A stretch of 64,000 nt of DNA from a virus: IMG/VR virus record IMGVR_UViG_3300009370_000007, positions 43,023-107,022 of that record; one strand, given 5' to 3'. The notes under the pieces are model-generated. The model saw only the letters and a list, made by a program, of their open reading frames with translations, was not told where the DNA came from and ran no database searches. A program made the position numbers and the translations under genes. This document shows, piece after piece, positions 20,501 to 29,100 of the stretch; the first letter of the stretch is position 1, and the number at the start of each line of letters is the position of its first letter.

Positions 20501-23500
20501 TGCCATTGAAAGTGTATTTGCAATAAAGATTGCATTCAGATTCTTTATTCCTGTTGAGTCAATAACCTTATCTGTTTGAATCCATACATCGCCATTTCCC
20601 GTTGGAGTAAATGTACTAACAACTGTATCGGAGTCATAGAAGAATGCAAGAATTTCTCTATCGGCAGCATATTGGGCAGCCTTGCCTGCACTAAGGGCGC
20701 TAAGTGAAAGCGCGTTAACAGAATCTATTGCAGAATAACGAACCTCATACCATCCAGATTTTGCCTCTGCATATTGAGATGGTGGCACACCAAAGGTTCC
20801 CCCGGATGGAACATTCTTATATGGTGCTAATTGCTGACCATATTCTCCGTCTAATGTTCCGTGGTATCCTCCGTTATTATAATAATATAAATCAGAAACA
20901 AGATTTGCAGAACCAGTTCCATCATACACAGCAGAATTATTTGCATGATAACGATATAGTGTATTATTGTTTGCAGTATTATACCAAAGATCACCATGAG
21001 GGTCTGCATTAGGAATCTGAGTTTCCCCATCAGAAAAGACAGGACTTAAAGTTGGGTCAGGACCATTATAACGATACTTCTCTATGTCGGTCGGGGCAGA
21101 TCCATCAATAGTCCTACGTCCATGTGGCTGAATATATGTAAAGACCTTGCCGTCAGAAAGCCCCTTTAAATTAGTAAGTCCTACAAAGCTGTCAGCAGAC
21201 ATATAGTCAGAGGGTTTGGGGTTTTGTGATTCTATAGAAACTTCTTCTAATTGAAATCCATCATAATATACCGTCTTTGAACCAGCAAGAGTTGGTTTTA
21301 ATTTTAGTATAATTTTATTTAATTCGTCCTTTGGAGATACTGATAAATCAAGAATTACATATTGTCTCAACCAGCCCCGCAAACCTGCTGTAGTTAGATT
21401 GCTAATATTAGTGGCAGTATCAGTAACAACATTGGCATCTTTGGTATAATCTTTAGAGTTTTCGGCAACAATACCGGCAACCTCAGAAACGCCTCCAGCC
21501 GAATCCGTTTCTTTTGAAAAATATGAAAGTATCCACTTCTTTCCCTCTGGAATATCAATTCCATATTTTTCAAAAGTTGTAGTGTCAGGAGTTCCTGTTG
21601 CAGTTGTATTTGAAAATATAATATCATATGATCCGGCACTTCCCGATGCAACTTTTAGACTACGAGGACTGTTCCAAAATTTTGTAGAATCTAAACTAAC
21701 TGTCCAACTACCACTTGCATCATAAGTTATTGCAAAATCTTTTAGAGATCTACGATTTGCCGTATCTATAGAATAAGCAGCTTCGGGTGGAGTTCCCCCA
21801 AATAATGAAAGTTCAGTTGGAATATAATTCTTCGTTCCAGACTTGGCTTCTGCAAATAACTGAAGATAAAGATCCCCCATGAATCCAGCCGATTGATTCC
21901 CCATAGTAGCATGGTCATTGGCATTATACCAAATTCCTGCGCTGCCAGCATCAGTATTTTGCCAACGAGAAACAATCCAACTATTTGCAGGGCCTCTATT
22001 CGTATCAATCCAGATGTCTCCATTGCCCGTTGCAATTGGTTCACTATCTGAGAAAAATCCTACAACAAAATGATCTGCTGATGCTGCCTTTAATAGACCT
22101 TGATTGGCTGTTAATTCAATTCTTTCTAATTGATTATTCGCAAACAAGGCAAGATTATATGCATTTGCAGCAAGGCTATTTGCTGCATAGGCAACTGCAT
22201 TTACCGCAAGAATAGATAAGTCTTTTCCTTCATACCAACCAGTCTTAGAAGAAGCTCTATTAAATTCATTTGTATAATAAACCGTTTGGGCCCAGGTTCC
22301 TGCATTGTCCTCGCCGAGCCCCCAAGTTTTGGAGAATGATGTATTTGTTAAATATACAAATGCAGCAGTATTATTAGACGTATTAAACCAAAGGTCGCCT
22401 CTTGGATTTGGATTAGCTGTTCCATCTTCCGATATTGCAACATTAGGTCCATAGGTAGGGGCGGGTTGATGTGGGTATGGATACTGATGATCCCAAAAAA
22501 TTAATGATCTTCGATCTGCAACATTTTGGGCAGCATAGGATTGTAGATAAATTCGACCAAAGGCATCGTTTGGAGCATGACGCCATGCAAGTGCTGTGGT
22601 ATGATCGGCTGGTGTATTGGCAAATCCACCAATAGAATTTTGCCAACGATGAATTGCCTTTGTGCTTAGAGTTCCATCGGGAAGAACGGTTTTGTCATCG
22701 CCACCAGTATTTGCATTAATCCAAACATCACCATATTGGGCAGTCAGATGTTTCCATGAACCAGCATAGAAGGTATCTGTATCTTGTGCGTCGGTATAAA
22801 TGGTAACTTCATGGAGGCTTGCATTTGCAGCAAGACGTTGGGCTTCTCTTGCTGCTGCGTCGGCATTGGAAATGTCAATTCCCAGCTTAATAAGTTCCTC
22901 TTCAAGTGTAAGACTTCCAACAGAACTTCCAGATACTTGGAGAGCCGAGTTGGCAATAATGTTAACATCTATTTCACACCATGCACTCGGATCATCGTCT
23001 ATCGTTCCGCTATAGGCTTCGGCTCCTCCATCGGCCCCAATGCCGGGAGTTCCTACAAGAATATATGAGGCATTACTCTGAAAACCTAATGTTGCCGTGT
23101 CTGTATTTCCGGCACCAAAGACAGTATTCGATGCACCACAACGTACCATTGCTTCTAATAATTTGCCACCCTTTGTTGTTGGGGTTCCATAACGATTATC
23201 TCTTAGTTCACCTGAACCAATAATAAAAACATAACAATTTGGCCCTAACAGATTCAAGTCGTCTGCCAACTTGTCGGCATTCGTATGATTATCTGGAGTT
23301 GTTATATTATAACGCCAACGCAGAGGGGTGACTCCCAGTGCTGCGGGAACTGTTTGAATTCCATTTTCAGTTGAAGAAGCTGGTGCGTTCGGCATCATTG
23401 TGGTATCACCATCATCAATCGTTGCACCACGGAAACCACCAACTACTCGATCCCAAATATATACGTCAAACTCTCCTTGGTCTGCCAGTTTAGTGGCCCC

Positions 23501-25843
23501 GGTATCAACCCAATATCTAGCGGTGGCGCTTTCAGCAGCTTCAGGATACAAACCAAAACCATAGGTTGGTATACTAGGATCTGCAAATGGAGCCATATTA
23601 GCTGGATCATCAAAGCCGTTGGTTATATTTTTTCCGCCTTGAGAAATAAGTCTAAAGGAATAATGATCTTTTTTCCATGAAGGATCTTCAACTTCGCGAA
23701 GCCTTAAAGATTCAACATCGAGATGCTGGTCTGTTTGATGAAAAGCATTGGTAATTTGCAGACCAACACTCATCATTTTGGTACCCGATGTTGGATAATA
23801 ACGATAGAAATATTGAGTATGTCCAGATGCAGTTAGAGTAACTTCATCAGCAGTTATTACCCGATTTCCAGTTACAGTATTTGCAGAACCACCACCATAA
23901 GAAATATGAGTTTTAGTTTTATCATCTAAATCAGCATCATATTCCACAATCCGCAATATGGGCGCTGTAACATCCGACCCGGAGCTGACCTTTGCACTAT
24001 ATGTAATTGCCCAATGTGTTTCTCCGGGTTTTAATGCAATGGCAGGAGTCACAACACCAACGGTCTTATCTGACACAGAGGCAAATGCAGTATTTGAAAT
24101 TCGTAGAACTCGATTTCCTCTGAATCTTGGATCTGGATTTACATATCCATAGACATCTTCACTATATGATGATGTTGCATCATATCTAAATGCCTCAAGT
24201 CCAGCGGGAACCCATCTTCGCTTGTTTCCATGCTGCGCGAACTTCCCTATATTAAAATTCCAATTCTTGAATGCCATTTCACCAGCAGTTGTCAGATCAG
24301 TTCCTTGGGTATCATCTAAAAATTGTTCTTCAATCCAATCCAGAGAAGCACTAAAATTGGAAATAGACGCGCTTTCAACATGAGTTGCATTTGTAGAAAT
24401 AGTACCTAAAGCAAGATATTCTTCTGGGGAGGGAAGAACAGTCCATTCATCTGCCCCGCTAACATACATCCACCCAAGCTCAAGTTCGTTAATAGCCATT
24501 TTGAAATCATCACCATGACCGTGATTTCCAATACTATCGGAATCATAAGGATTCGTTGTATCGGATCTCCAAATAACCCACGCATCCGTATTTCCGGCAA
24601 TTGAATTAACAACCCCGGGAATAACATTCTGCCGAGTCCCGTCAACGCCAACAGTGAATCCGTTTTTTGTCGCAGAAGGTTCGCCATCTGAACCAAAGGA
24701 ATGAACCCAAAGATATTTGGCAGTATCCACATTAAATTTACTATGGTTTAGTTTAAATCCTAATGCGGGAGAATTAATATCAACTGTGGACGTAACATTT
24801 TCCAGTACATTAATTCGACTTCCATGAGAACTTAAAGCAGTCTGAAGAGATCCGGCGGGGCCACCGCCGCCGCGAATAATAGGTTGATTATCACCATCAT
24901 AGATAATAATTCCACCCGCCTGTATATTTCCATCCTTATCAATATGCCATCCCGAGCCGGGAGTAGATTGATTCCACGAAATGCTATGAATTACATTTGC
25001 AACCTTTTGATTTGTGACAGTCAGGTCTTTAATGAATGCACCAAAAATAGAGCCTTCGTTATCAATTCTTAAACTTGGATGATTGAAATCAAATATAATA
25101 TTATCATATTTAATTGAACTTATGCCTGTTGCCAAACTAGTCTCAGGTGTTGGATAGGTTAGTGTTCCATCTGTTGCATCTGTTCCCGTTAACCCACGAC
25201 AAGGATCAAGTTCAATTCTAATTCCAATAATTTCTTTATCTTTAGGAGTGACAGCCCTCCAATTAATAGTCTGCCACACATTAAGAGTGTGGTCGGGAGC
25301 AATTGGAGCAACAAAAGTAGTGGAGCCCTTTGAGTCTTTATTTGCTGCATCTCGATAGGAAAGCGTAATTGAAATTCCAGGGGTTCCATCTGTATATGAA
25401 TCTAATTTATAACTATAACTTCCCGTAAGGAATATATTCTGATAGAGTGGTTCATGATTTTCGCCCTGGCCATCAAAGTCAATATTACGATACCAATAAT
25501 TTGTAGATCCTGTATTTTCAAAATCTACACTATAGGCACCAGTAAAGGCGTCTGTACTTCTGGACCAATTTGATCCGACAGCCGTCCATCCATCGGCAGG
25601 CGAAGAGGGGTCTGCCCATTGATTAAATCGAGGATTAAATCCATAGATGGTTGCAGAATCTTGCTGGGTGTCTGTATCCCTATCAACAATGAGAGCATCT
25701 GCGGTGATAGTGCCAGCAACATGAAAGGTAGAGTTAGGAGATGCCGTATGAATACCAACACGGCCATCATACCCAACAGAAATTGATGGTTTGGTTGCCT
25801 CAAAGGTGGATCTAAATTGTGTATTACCAATAAATTGCGGCAA
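11522..25843 (-). CDS. Giant modular tail fibre/adhesin, 4773 aa (gpJ-like segments, ILEI-like domain, four CBM-like repeats, GDxW repeats, LamG domain)
   Basis: Uninterrupted 14.3-kb ORF in the baseplate-neck interval; internal repeats visible in the translation. Confidence 0.75.
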   Translation of the reverse strand: MPQFIGNTQFRSTFEATKPSISVGYDGRVGIHTASPNSTFHVAGTITADALIVDRDTDTQQDSATIYGFNPRFNQWADPSSPADGWTAVGSNWSRSTDAFTGAYSVDFENTGSTNYWYRNIDFDGQGENHEPLYQNIFLTGSYSYKLDSYTDGTPGISITLSYRDAANKDSKGSTTFVAPIAPDHTLNVWQTINWRAVTPKDKEIIGIRIELDPCRGLTGTDATDGTLTYPTPETSLATGISSIKYDNIIFDFNHPSLRIDNEGSIFGAFIKDLTVTNQKVANVIHSISWNQSTPGSGWHIDKDGNIQAGGIIIYDGDNQPIIRGGGGPAGSLQTALSSHGSRINVLENVTSTVDINSPALGFKLNHSKFNVDTAKYLWVHSFGSDGEPSATKNGFTVGVDGTRQNVIPGVVNSIAGNTDAWVIWRSDTTNPYDSDSIGNHGHGDDFKMAINELELGWMYVSGADEWTVLPSPEEYLALGTISTNATHVESASISNFSASLDWIEEQFLDDTQGTDLTTAGEMAFKNWNFNIGKFAQHGNKRRWVPAGLEAFRYDATSSYSEDVYGYVNPDPRFRGNRVLRISNTAFASVSDKTVGVVTPAIALKPGETHWAITYSAKVSSGSDVTAPILRIVEYDADLDDKTKTHISYGGGSANTVTGNRVITADEVTLTASGHTQYFYRYYPTSGTKMMSVGLQITNAFHQTDQHLDVESLRLREVEDPSWKKDHYSFRLISQGGKNITNGFDDPANMAPFADPSIPTYGFGLYPEAAESATARYWVDTGATKLADQGEFDVYIWDRVVGGFRGATIDDGDTTMMPNAPASSTENGIQTVPAALGVTPLRWRYNITTPDNHTNADKLADDLNLLGPNCYVFIIGSGELRDNRYGTPTTKGGKLLEAMVRCGASNTVFGAGNTDTATLGFQSNASYILVGTPGIGADGGAEAYSGTIDDDPSAWCEIDVNIIANSALQVSGSSVGSLTLEEELIKLGIDISNADAAAREAQRLAANASLHEVTIYTDAQDTDTFYAGSWKHLTAQYGDVWINANTGGDDKTVLPDGTLSTKAIHRWQNSIGGFANTPADHTTALAWRHAPNDAFGRIYLQSYAAQNVADRRSLIFWDHQYPYPHQPAPTYGPNVAISEDGTANPNPRGDLWFNTSNNTAAFVYLTNTSFSKTWGLGEDNAGTWAQTVYYTNEFNRASSKTGWYEGKDLSILAVNAVAYAANSLAANAYNLALFANNQLERIELTANQGLLKAASADHFVVGFFSDSEPIATGNGDIWIDTNRGPANSWIVSRWQNTDAGSAGIWYNANDHATMGNQSAGFMGDLYLQLFAEAKSGTKNYIPTELSLFGGTPPEAAYSIDTANRRSLKDFAITYDASGSWTVSLDSTKFWNSPRSLKVASGSAGSYDIIFSNTTATGTPDTTTFEKYGIDIPEGKKWILSYFSKETDSAGGVSEVAGIVAENSKDYTKDANVVTDTATNISNLTTAGLRGWLRQYVILDLSVSPKDELNKIILKLKPTLAGSKTVYYDGFQLEEVSIESQNPKPSDYMSADSFVGLTNLKGLSDGKVFTYIQPHGRRTIDGSAPTDIEKYRYNGPDPTLSPVFSDGETQIPNADPHGDLWYNTANNNTLYRYHANNSAVYDGTGSANLVSDLYYYNNGGYHGTLDGEYGQQLAPYKNVPSGGTFGVPPSQYAEAKSGWYEVRYSAIDSVNALSLSALSAGKAAQYAADREILAFFYDSDTVVSTFTPTGNGDVWIQTDKVIDSTGIKNLNAIFIANTLSMAGEYPSIDTGVTRDGQILYWNTAPDSAIGRMYLESYAAGVLGKFNRGTNIMPRGLSLFDAPTYDYLITEDSQASDIPYVIGTFNDAYGSVTLDDTVGHIGENSLKLTTVGSSGTMLQILFANTESDVLARATPDIATFREYGIPIPKGKKWIYSAYVKSNEALASGLKFSWYTSNVGSASHILGLNGEYDASGYPATSSAFDLIEQDNETVFTRYECVIDLTSGDSANSTHIIPGIQIKRTANIVNLDAFQLEEAVGDNRTASEFKEPSDGVAVIFGRRITDGKLVAFYGNEAPGPMGPNPEITPSGYPNPEPHGDFWINTEAGANNNMMFRYFANSSAVYQGTGVHAHTYAAIHGPGETPTASSNSGWYDIRDKKVYTAEILASAAQAAADREIIAFFENHNADVDDFKPTGNGDVWIHQNKTVNPNGTANLGAIFVANSGAHDSEGMIPTDHEDGGGNTLTWHRAPNNAIGLMYLQSYSETSGKVVTFFANSAAQIQVATYPSSAKWRGYGPLPETTPTGQPNQRPHGDMWLNTEPGSNNNQLFRYYQNAVGTYQGTGTANLTPYVFRYPNNKLAESNPKSGWYEMRDASIYVVNATAYSAVSDALKGIQDAADAAAKADRDIKTFIQPTEPTPLGNNDVWINTSVLDDFDRVNTWSVSTFVNNYSETTYDPTNPDTGFPPGTKKVRWEGPPDYEISGLGSFYLQAYLEATNRSKNYFPRPISLFDEQHYDYLITETSKASNTPYAIGIPQYSTTVTIDDTVGHIGENSLKMTIAGTTSSYMQILFANTRSTRAAEPVATPDIATFRKYGILVPKGRKWIYSAYVKSDTAITDGLKFSWYTSNVGSASHIFANSVSAVDLPASTDGVTFHRYSCIIDLTKSHNANVTHLIPGIQIDHIASHINFDAFQLEEIHPDVEALLPSAYITSDEGPGMSWSRGLTDRAMISHLADHRGTDPNYFGPDPRYDQNGRVVADPHGDFWCDTANNFAVFRYHANDSAVWAVSNDTGTANLGCEAFYYVSATNPFPGADLAVGQKFPKSTKGHSGWYEIRDQTVLEIERNLSGNAGRLETAQTSLQSVTAALTTGDGLDSLLGPLGSGEDHSGGLIERLKQVEILDDNEIVAFIQPTNPYPNVANGDIWVDTGRYPTVNSWSISRWQNTSATIPPGPDGYWANPNTYTYDIGAGSTPGYAPLGAFGKFFLTNYLASLGSNKNYMPRGYSLFDSRDDDYSIVGALTHAPATAIQRPYPITHQALELVPDSGTEVSSIVTSVGFDDTQESPVGGRTLKVVVTANASPNYGVALSFANTTNPMLQGTDSRKRFGSDFAINIPKASKWLFSAYVKTDVLPQVGHGVRATFTGANSSTIDGSLDAFHGGYVWGLEYSDVSLSQLRQGPDAVNEWKRLSWLFDLSGDIDEYTNDTGSHNLYANTFTRIIPRLDIRQHLSATPGAITNWHFAGLQLEQVAGDTSYAGASALEPTFFMAPDEGPSINWNRGLSDGAVRIYEGMSHERGGNWNPWGPDPTKTQSGIANPAPDGDRWLNTDLNLEFVYQANSTNRTSNSIYMFANTSSDAKSGWYLVGTIQPPAAPDSDGLRGHWKFDGAFKEGALKRGGPAFGGTTKVYNGTKGLVANVFHDYAGDMGPALVRVTGTNQNGYANVVNKLHRSTDAIIGHSFTSNAEINSSTDGAGVIVDLIDEDEPLWGQDTKERTLAVWFKPIAYDDIATESAIWDAGYTNYGRFGNANKTGRSYATLEQKDLWVEYSSNDRRANGHYSNAMFWEAGGGPEHYIGFGTSPGQRGTFTGTGAIKQNTWNFVVTTWDFNKSKQSFFIYNVDDGLVYANTNTTITVSQPAPSVNVHLGGIASGFGTSKEMVANFDEARYYDRVLTVPEIQGLFITHPGDQDLDLGGFVYEDGDTIDRMKPFQPGATDGRHLYLSVRNKRGPGFSQVNDQYAYLHGYNQDAQAAPVNGFIQTREETTDEFGDDLTVHKLTEAKHGPIKVGITGTKDDGYILYQTNAISGTAGVFSPATGGESRHFAFAQPTARRANSSGGWSTWRYDDGEGDWHYIYPNDKEILVIGDARVSKDPDFDVIDIWSLAPASPRTIRNSSDVIITDVDQPGVSSNWARELSSSGGAGGGIVYEDETTATILDRLADGDKYLHQPHWTRGARHGKDGEDSWIEFRANQHPTFVNNEEDYNNHLWATSIHIYWGQNITDFTTGIRDGVTKYQYAIIAKADSPGATWTNVAGVFTGLDTDYPTVSSVEDPKSWANSRPLLLANTGPDAVFFPTIEQQDPTNAKYAGRNPEGISLPTIDPVGQFVGTLRIFVGNTWWTSAAETDGIQDSDGGAPQHWHIASDTSDSRTIPSIHEVEIWRGSAGRDSYAGDFAGRPETDNSLIGDVSVNYASVIEALGGTGSEIADMIADTGDVQITDTMIEGLSGEKINAGTLTSQSIGSGAILTGHLEVLGGYNNLIFDPDFIHGYLQYPSPGVHRVTGVDSGLTESIGYGIEEQIRAHCAYDRWANGHNDGQCTANVTFDYSHPDISGYLNPAAGNIITANLHWTVAEVNRLNGGAGTHWSLIDYQDGADHITHPDAYSSDGGTVTLSADNSKMFMSVWLPPGYHSNGGSVGWWYESDWETGSQSDWEADRARVAISHNKVMFGTHGQAQNPVKLMGEGYVVGGSGRNEMRYTIGPTSNVGTDVTNPANRRLVSPANTVFSFSIWARKLDSQDHGTLYHDGTPKPPQAGNTDRYNHPGYRSVDPGPDDKNIWGPDHWDTDTDRYGALQDGAGTNRTGKANNIIRACAEFFAADGTRCGKIVGPWTEPFHQPSAGLSHVSGSVYSAGTTDADPLTKNFGRYKYGWREINFTGNGAAVEYGRSGHEINRVWSIRDRGIISPDQIPQTVRPEISYMTVGVEFSLGARVGTWGTVGDNISPNAQGAHYFLAGPKLARAVGTLDVDEINAGSITLGDFKSKYGIGTSGKMTLDGENSRIIVSD

Positions 25844-25854
25844 TTCGATATTCC

Positions 25855-26109
25855 TTATAGCTTATCAATAATAGTCTGAAGAAGAGACTTGACTTCCCCC
25901 ATATCGTTCTTCAAAATATTAATTTCGTCTTTCATACTATTTATTTCATTTTCAGCAGTTTTGCTACGCTCGAATTGCTTGCGGCGAATTAAATGTTGTT
26001 TAAATTTATTTAAATCAGAAGGAAGGAGAGCATTGTTAGTTGGATCTTTAACAAAAGAAGAATTCTCTGTTTTTAAAAGCCGATCTTCATCTAGTTCATC
26101 ATTTCTCAT
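25855..26109 (-). CDS. Small coiled-coil protein typical downstream of DUF4815 genes in T4-like phages
   Basis: FVKDPTNNALL...EINILKNDMGEVKSLLQTIIDK. Confidence 0.65.
   Translation of the reverse strand: MRNDELDEDRLLKTENSSFVKDPTNNALLPSDLNKFKQHLIRRKQFERSKTAENEINSMKDEINILKNDMGEVKSLLQTIIDKL
25935..25945 (-). promoter_or_regulatory. Probable late promoter variant AATAAATAGTA for the giant fibre operon
   Basis: Same TAAATAGTA core as the other late promoters; ~90 nt upstream of 25843. Confidence 0.5.
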
Positions 26110-26118
26110 AATAGCCTT

Positions 26119-29100
26119 TTAAGTTAAAGCAATTGCTCTTAAATCTCTAATCACAGGAGTCTTATTTCCTGTAGAATCATCAGAGTGCATCACTAATTTA
26201 ATTGCAAATGTTTGGAAAGTATCATACGAATCCTCATATTTTCCTTCATAGGCAATGCGTTCGCCGGGTGTTCCATATTCATATTCTGACACAGGAAGCA
26301 TATCAACACTTTCAGGTGAACTGGGTTTAAGATCAAACCGCCCACTAGATTGAGGCTGAAGCCTGACCCAAGATTTTTGATCGAACGTGTCTGGATCTTC
26401 GGCAGCAAGAACTTTATAATAAACATGAATATTAGTTCCAATTGGTTTGTGTGCAGTAACATAAACCTTAAGATCCCTTGCGTCAAATCCCTTTCTTAAA
26501 TTTACTCTCCGAGTAATATATCGGAAATCTGCATTTCCACCAGAAGGAGAAGTTTCTCCCATATATGTAAATTCTGCATTGACCGTGGGGCTTCCCGTCT
26601 TATTTACCCAAAGTGGATTACTATGATAACCAGAACCAGCGTTTGTTAGTTCATATGTAGCAACACCATTGTCACCAGAATTATCAGTAAGAACTGTAAT
26701 CAATCCTCCTGTTCCTCCACCTCCGACTGCCTCATAGGTATCATCAACTGTTGAGCTGTTGTCTCTGCCATCAGAAATCTTTTCAATTTGAGAATACTTT
26801 AATTCGCCATTATTAATCTTATGTTCAGTATATGACAATTTAACTTGCGTTGGATCAATCATCGGACTAGTAAAATCAGTACCCTCAGAAGTCAGTCTTG
26901 CCTTTACTTCAAATGTACCAAACTCGTTTGCAGGAAAATCATCATCATTTCTTAATTTAAGTGCCTCAGTTAAAGTTTCATATGTGGAATTTGGAACAAG
27001 ATCATCGTAGGCACCATAATTACCATCCTCATCCTGTCCGCGATATTGATAAGAAATGTCTGTTTGAGTTGGTTCCATGTCAGTAAGTCGAACTGCAAAT
27101 GTATGAATGGTACTATTTCCGGTTGCCATTTGCTCGCCCGCTCTTAACGTGAGCGTGGCATCAGAATTTGAGAATTTACATCTGCGAAGTCTAAACATTA
27201 TGTCTGAATATGGATCTTGTTTCCAAGGAGAATGTGGGGCTCCTTGAATATCAGATTTAAACATTGTTCCACCAACTTGATCTGAAGTTGTTGCGAGAAT
27301 TGAATTTTCATGTCCACCAATAGGAACGGCTCCTGTATCAATTCCTGTTCCTACTAGATTTTCTCTTGAATCTGCCGTCCATAATTTATACTTATCGCTG
27401 GCAGAAGAAACAACAAAGCAGTAAGTTTTTCCTGGCATTAAATATGCCGGAGCATCAAATTTAAATGAAGTCCAAGTTGATGCCTTTGTCATATCTGGAA
27501 CTTGATTTCTTGTGCCGTCTGGACTTTCTATGTATGGGTCTGCGTCTGTAATAACAACTTCATCAGCAGTAAGTTCTGCCCATGCATGAGAACCACCACC
27601 CACAGATAAAATGACATTATCAGGAAAATTATTAACCATTGGTCTAATATCTACCCTAACTGGAAGGTCTGCGTCTCCTCCTCCCTTAGTAGACCCAACA
27701 ACTGAAACTTGTGTATTTGGTTTATCGGCAAAGAATAAATCTATTCCAGAAAGCCAAACTCCACCTTGAGCCATTCCGGTTGATGGTATAGTAAATGATT
27801 GTGCCAACGGATCTTGCCATTGTCCCTCCATTGCCCCAACTACTGTGCTCATTGCGGCATCTTGTGTGGCTTGTATATGGCCCTTGAATACAGTCTCAAT
27901 AAGATCAGGATCTGTTGTAACATTTGCCTGGGCATTGAGCTTGCCATGTGTAATCCAATTAAGAGCTTTACTATGATAAAGATCCCCTGCCGTAAGAGAA
28001 ATAGTAGGAGGAATAAGATCACCTGTTTTTTGATTAACGCTGCCTATACCATGCTGTGTAATAACAATATCAGTAATACAACCACCCGAGGTAATGCAAT
28101 ATCCCTCAACGCCGTCAACATCCCCTCCAGTAAATTTAACTCCAGGGAAATTAAAAGTTCCTGTCTCCGTTCCAAGTCCAAAATAATTATAATCCTTTGC
28201 CTCTTGAGAATCCTTGTGAACAATCTTTCCCCAAACATTATCTCCACGGAATTCCCCCGAGCCAGTTTCCCAGGGATGAGTTCCGCCACAAGAAGTTGAG
28301 CCGCCGGGAATAGTCACATCACTAACAATAGCAAATACTCCTTCGCCTCCATCTGATGTAGTACGAAGGGGATATATACCATCAGCTTCTAATGGATTAT
28401 TTGCAATCTCATGAAAATTTGCTTTTTCAAGTTTTGTGAAGTATTTCGTCGTCGAGACAACAGCATCTCTTGTTGTTTCTGTCCAACCTTCGGCTGAATA
28501 CTCTCCATGAGCAAAACTGGTTGTGTATATTGGATTATTATCTCCACGATTTGAAATTGAAAAAGTTCTCGCACCATATGGAAACATAATTTTTTCAGGA
28601 TTAAATGGTAAATGGAACATTCCAAAAAATTCACCATGTCTATTTGTATATGGAACATTTCCACAACCAACAGGAAGTCCGCGATAATCAGAATATAGAT
28701 TATTGGCTACGGGAGCCGCAGCCTTATTAATTATGGTATATGTCGAGCCAGTCGTGGGAGCATCTGACTCGACAATTTCCCGAGAATACGCATATCCCTT
28801 CTTGGCTCCGCTATCTATATACCTATCAATCATGAAAGAGGTTCCCTCACCCGGAGCTTTGACAACTCTTCCATTAGAATCTTTTTGAGGAACTCCTCGA
28901 ACAATATTAACCTGAGTTTGACCCGCAATCATTTCATTTGTGTCTAACGCTCCGGCACCAGTAAGAGGATAATAACCAAAGGAATTTGAAGTATAGATTT
29001 CGGCGTCTGGAGCAAGTTTAATCCAGCCTCCTCGATCTGTTCCAAGATCATTTTTCAATGTTGCATGAGAACCAAAGCGCCTATTGTCTGTATTTGCATC

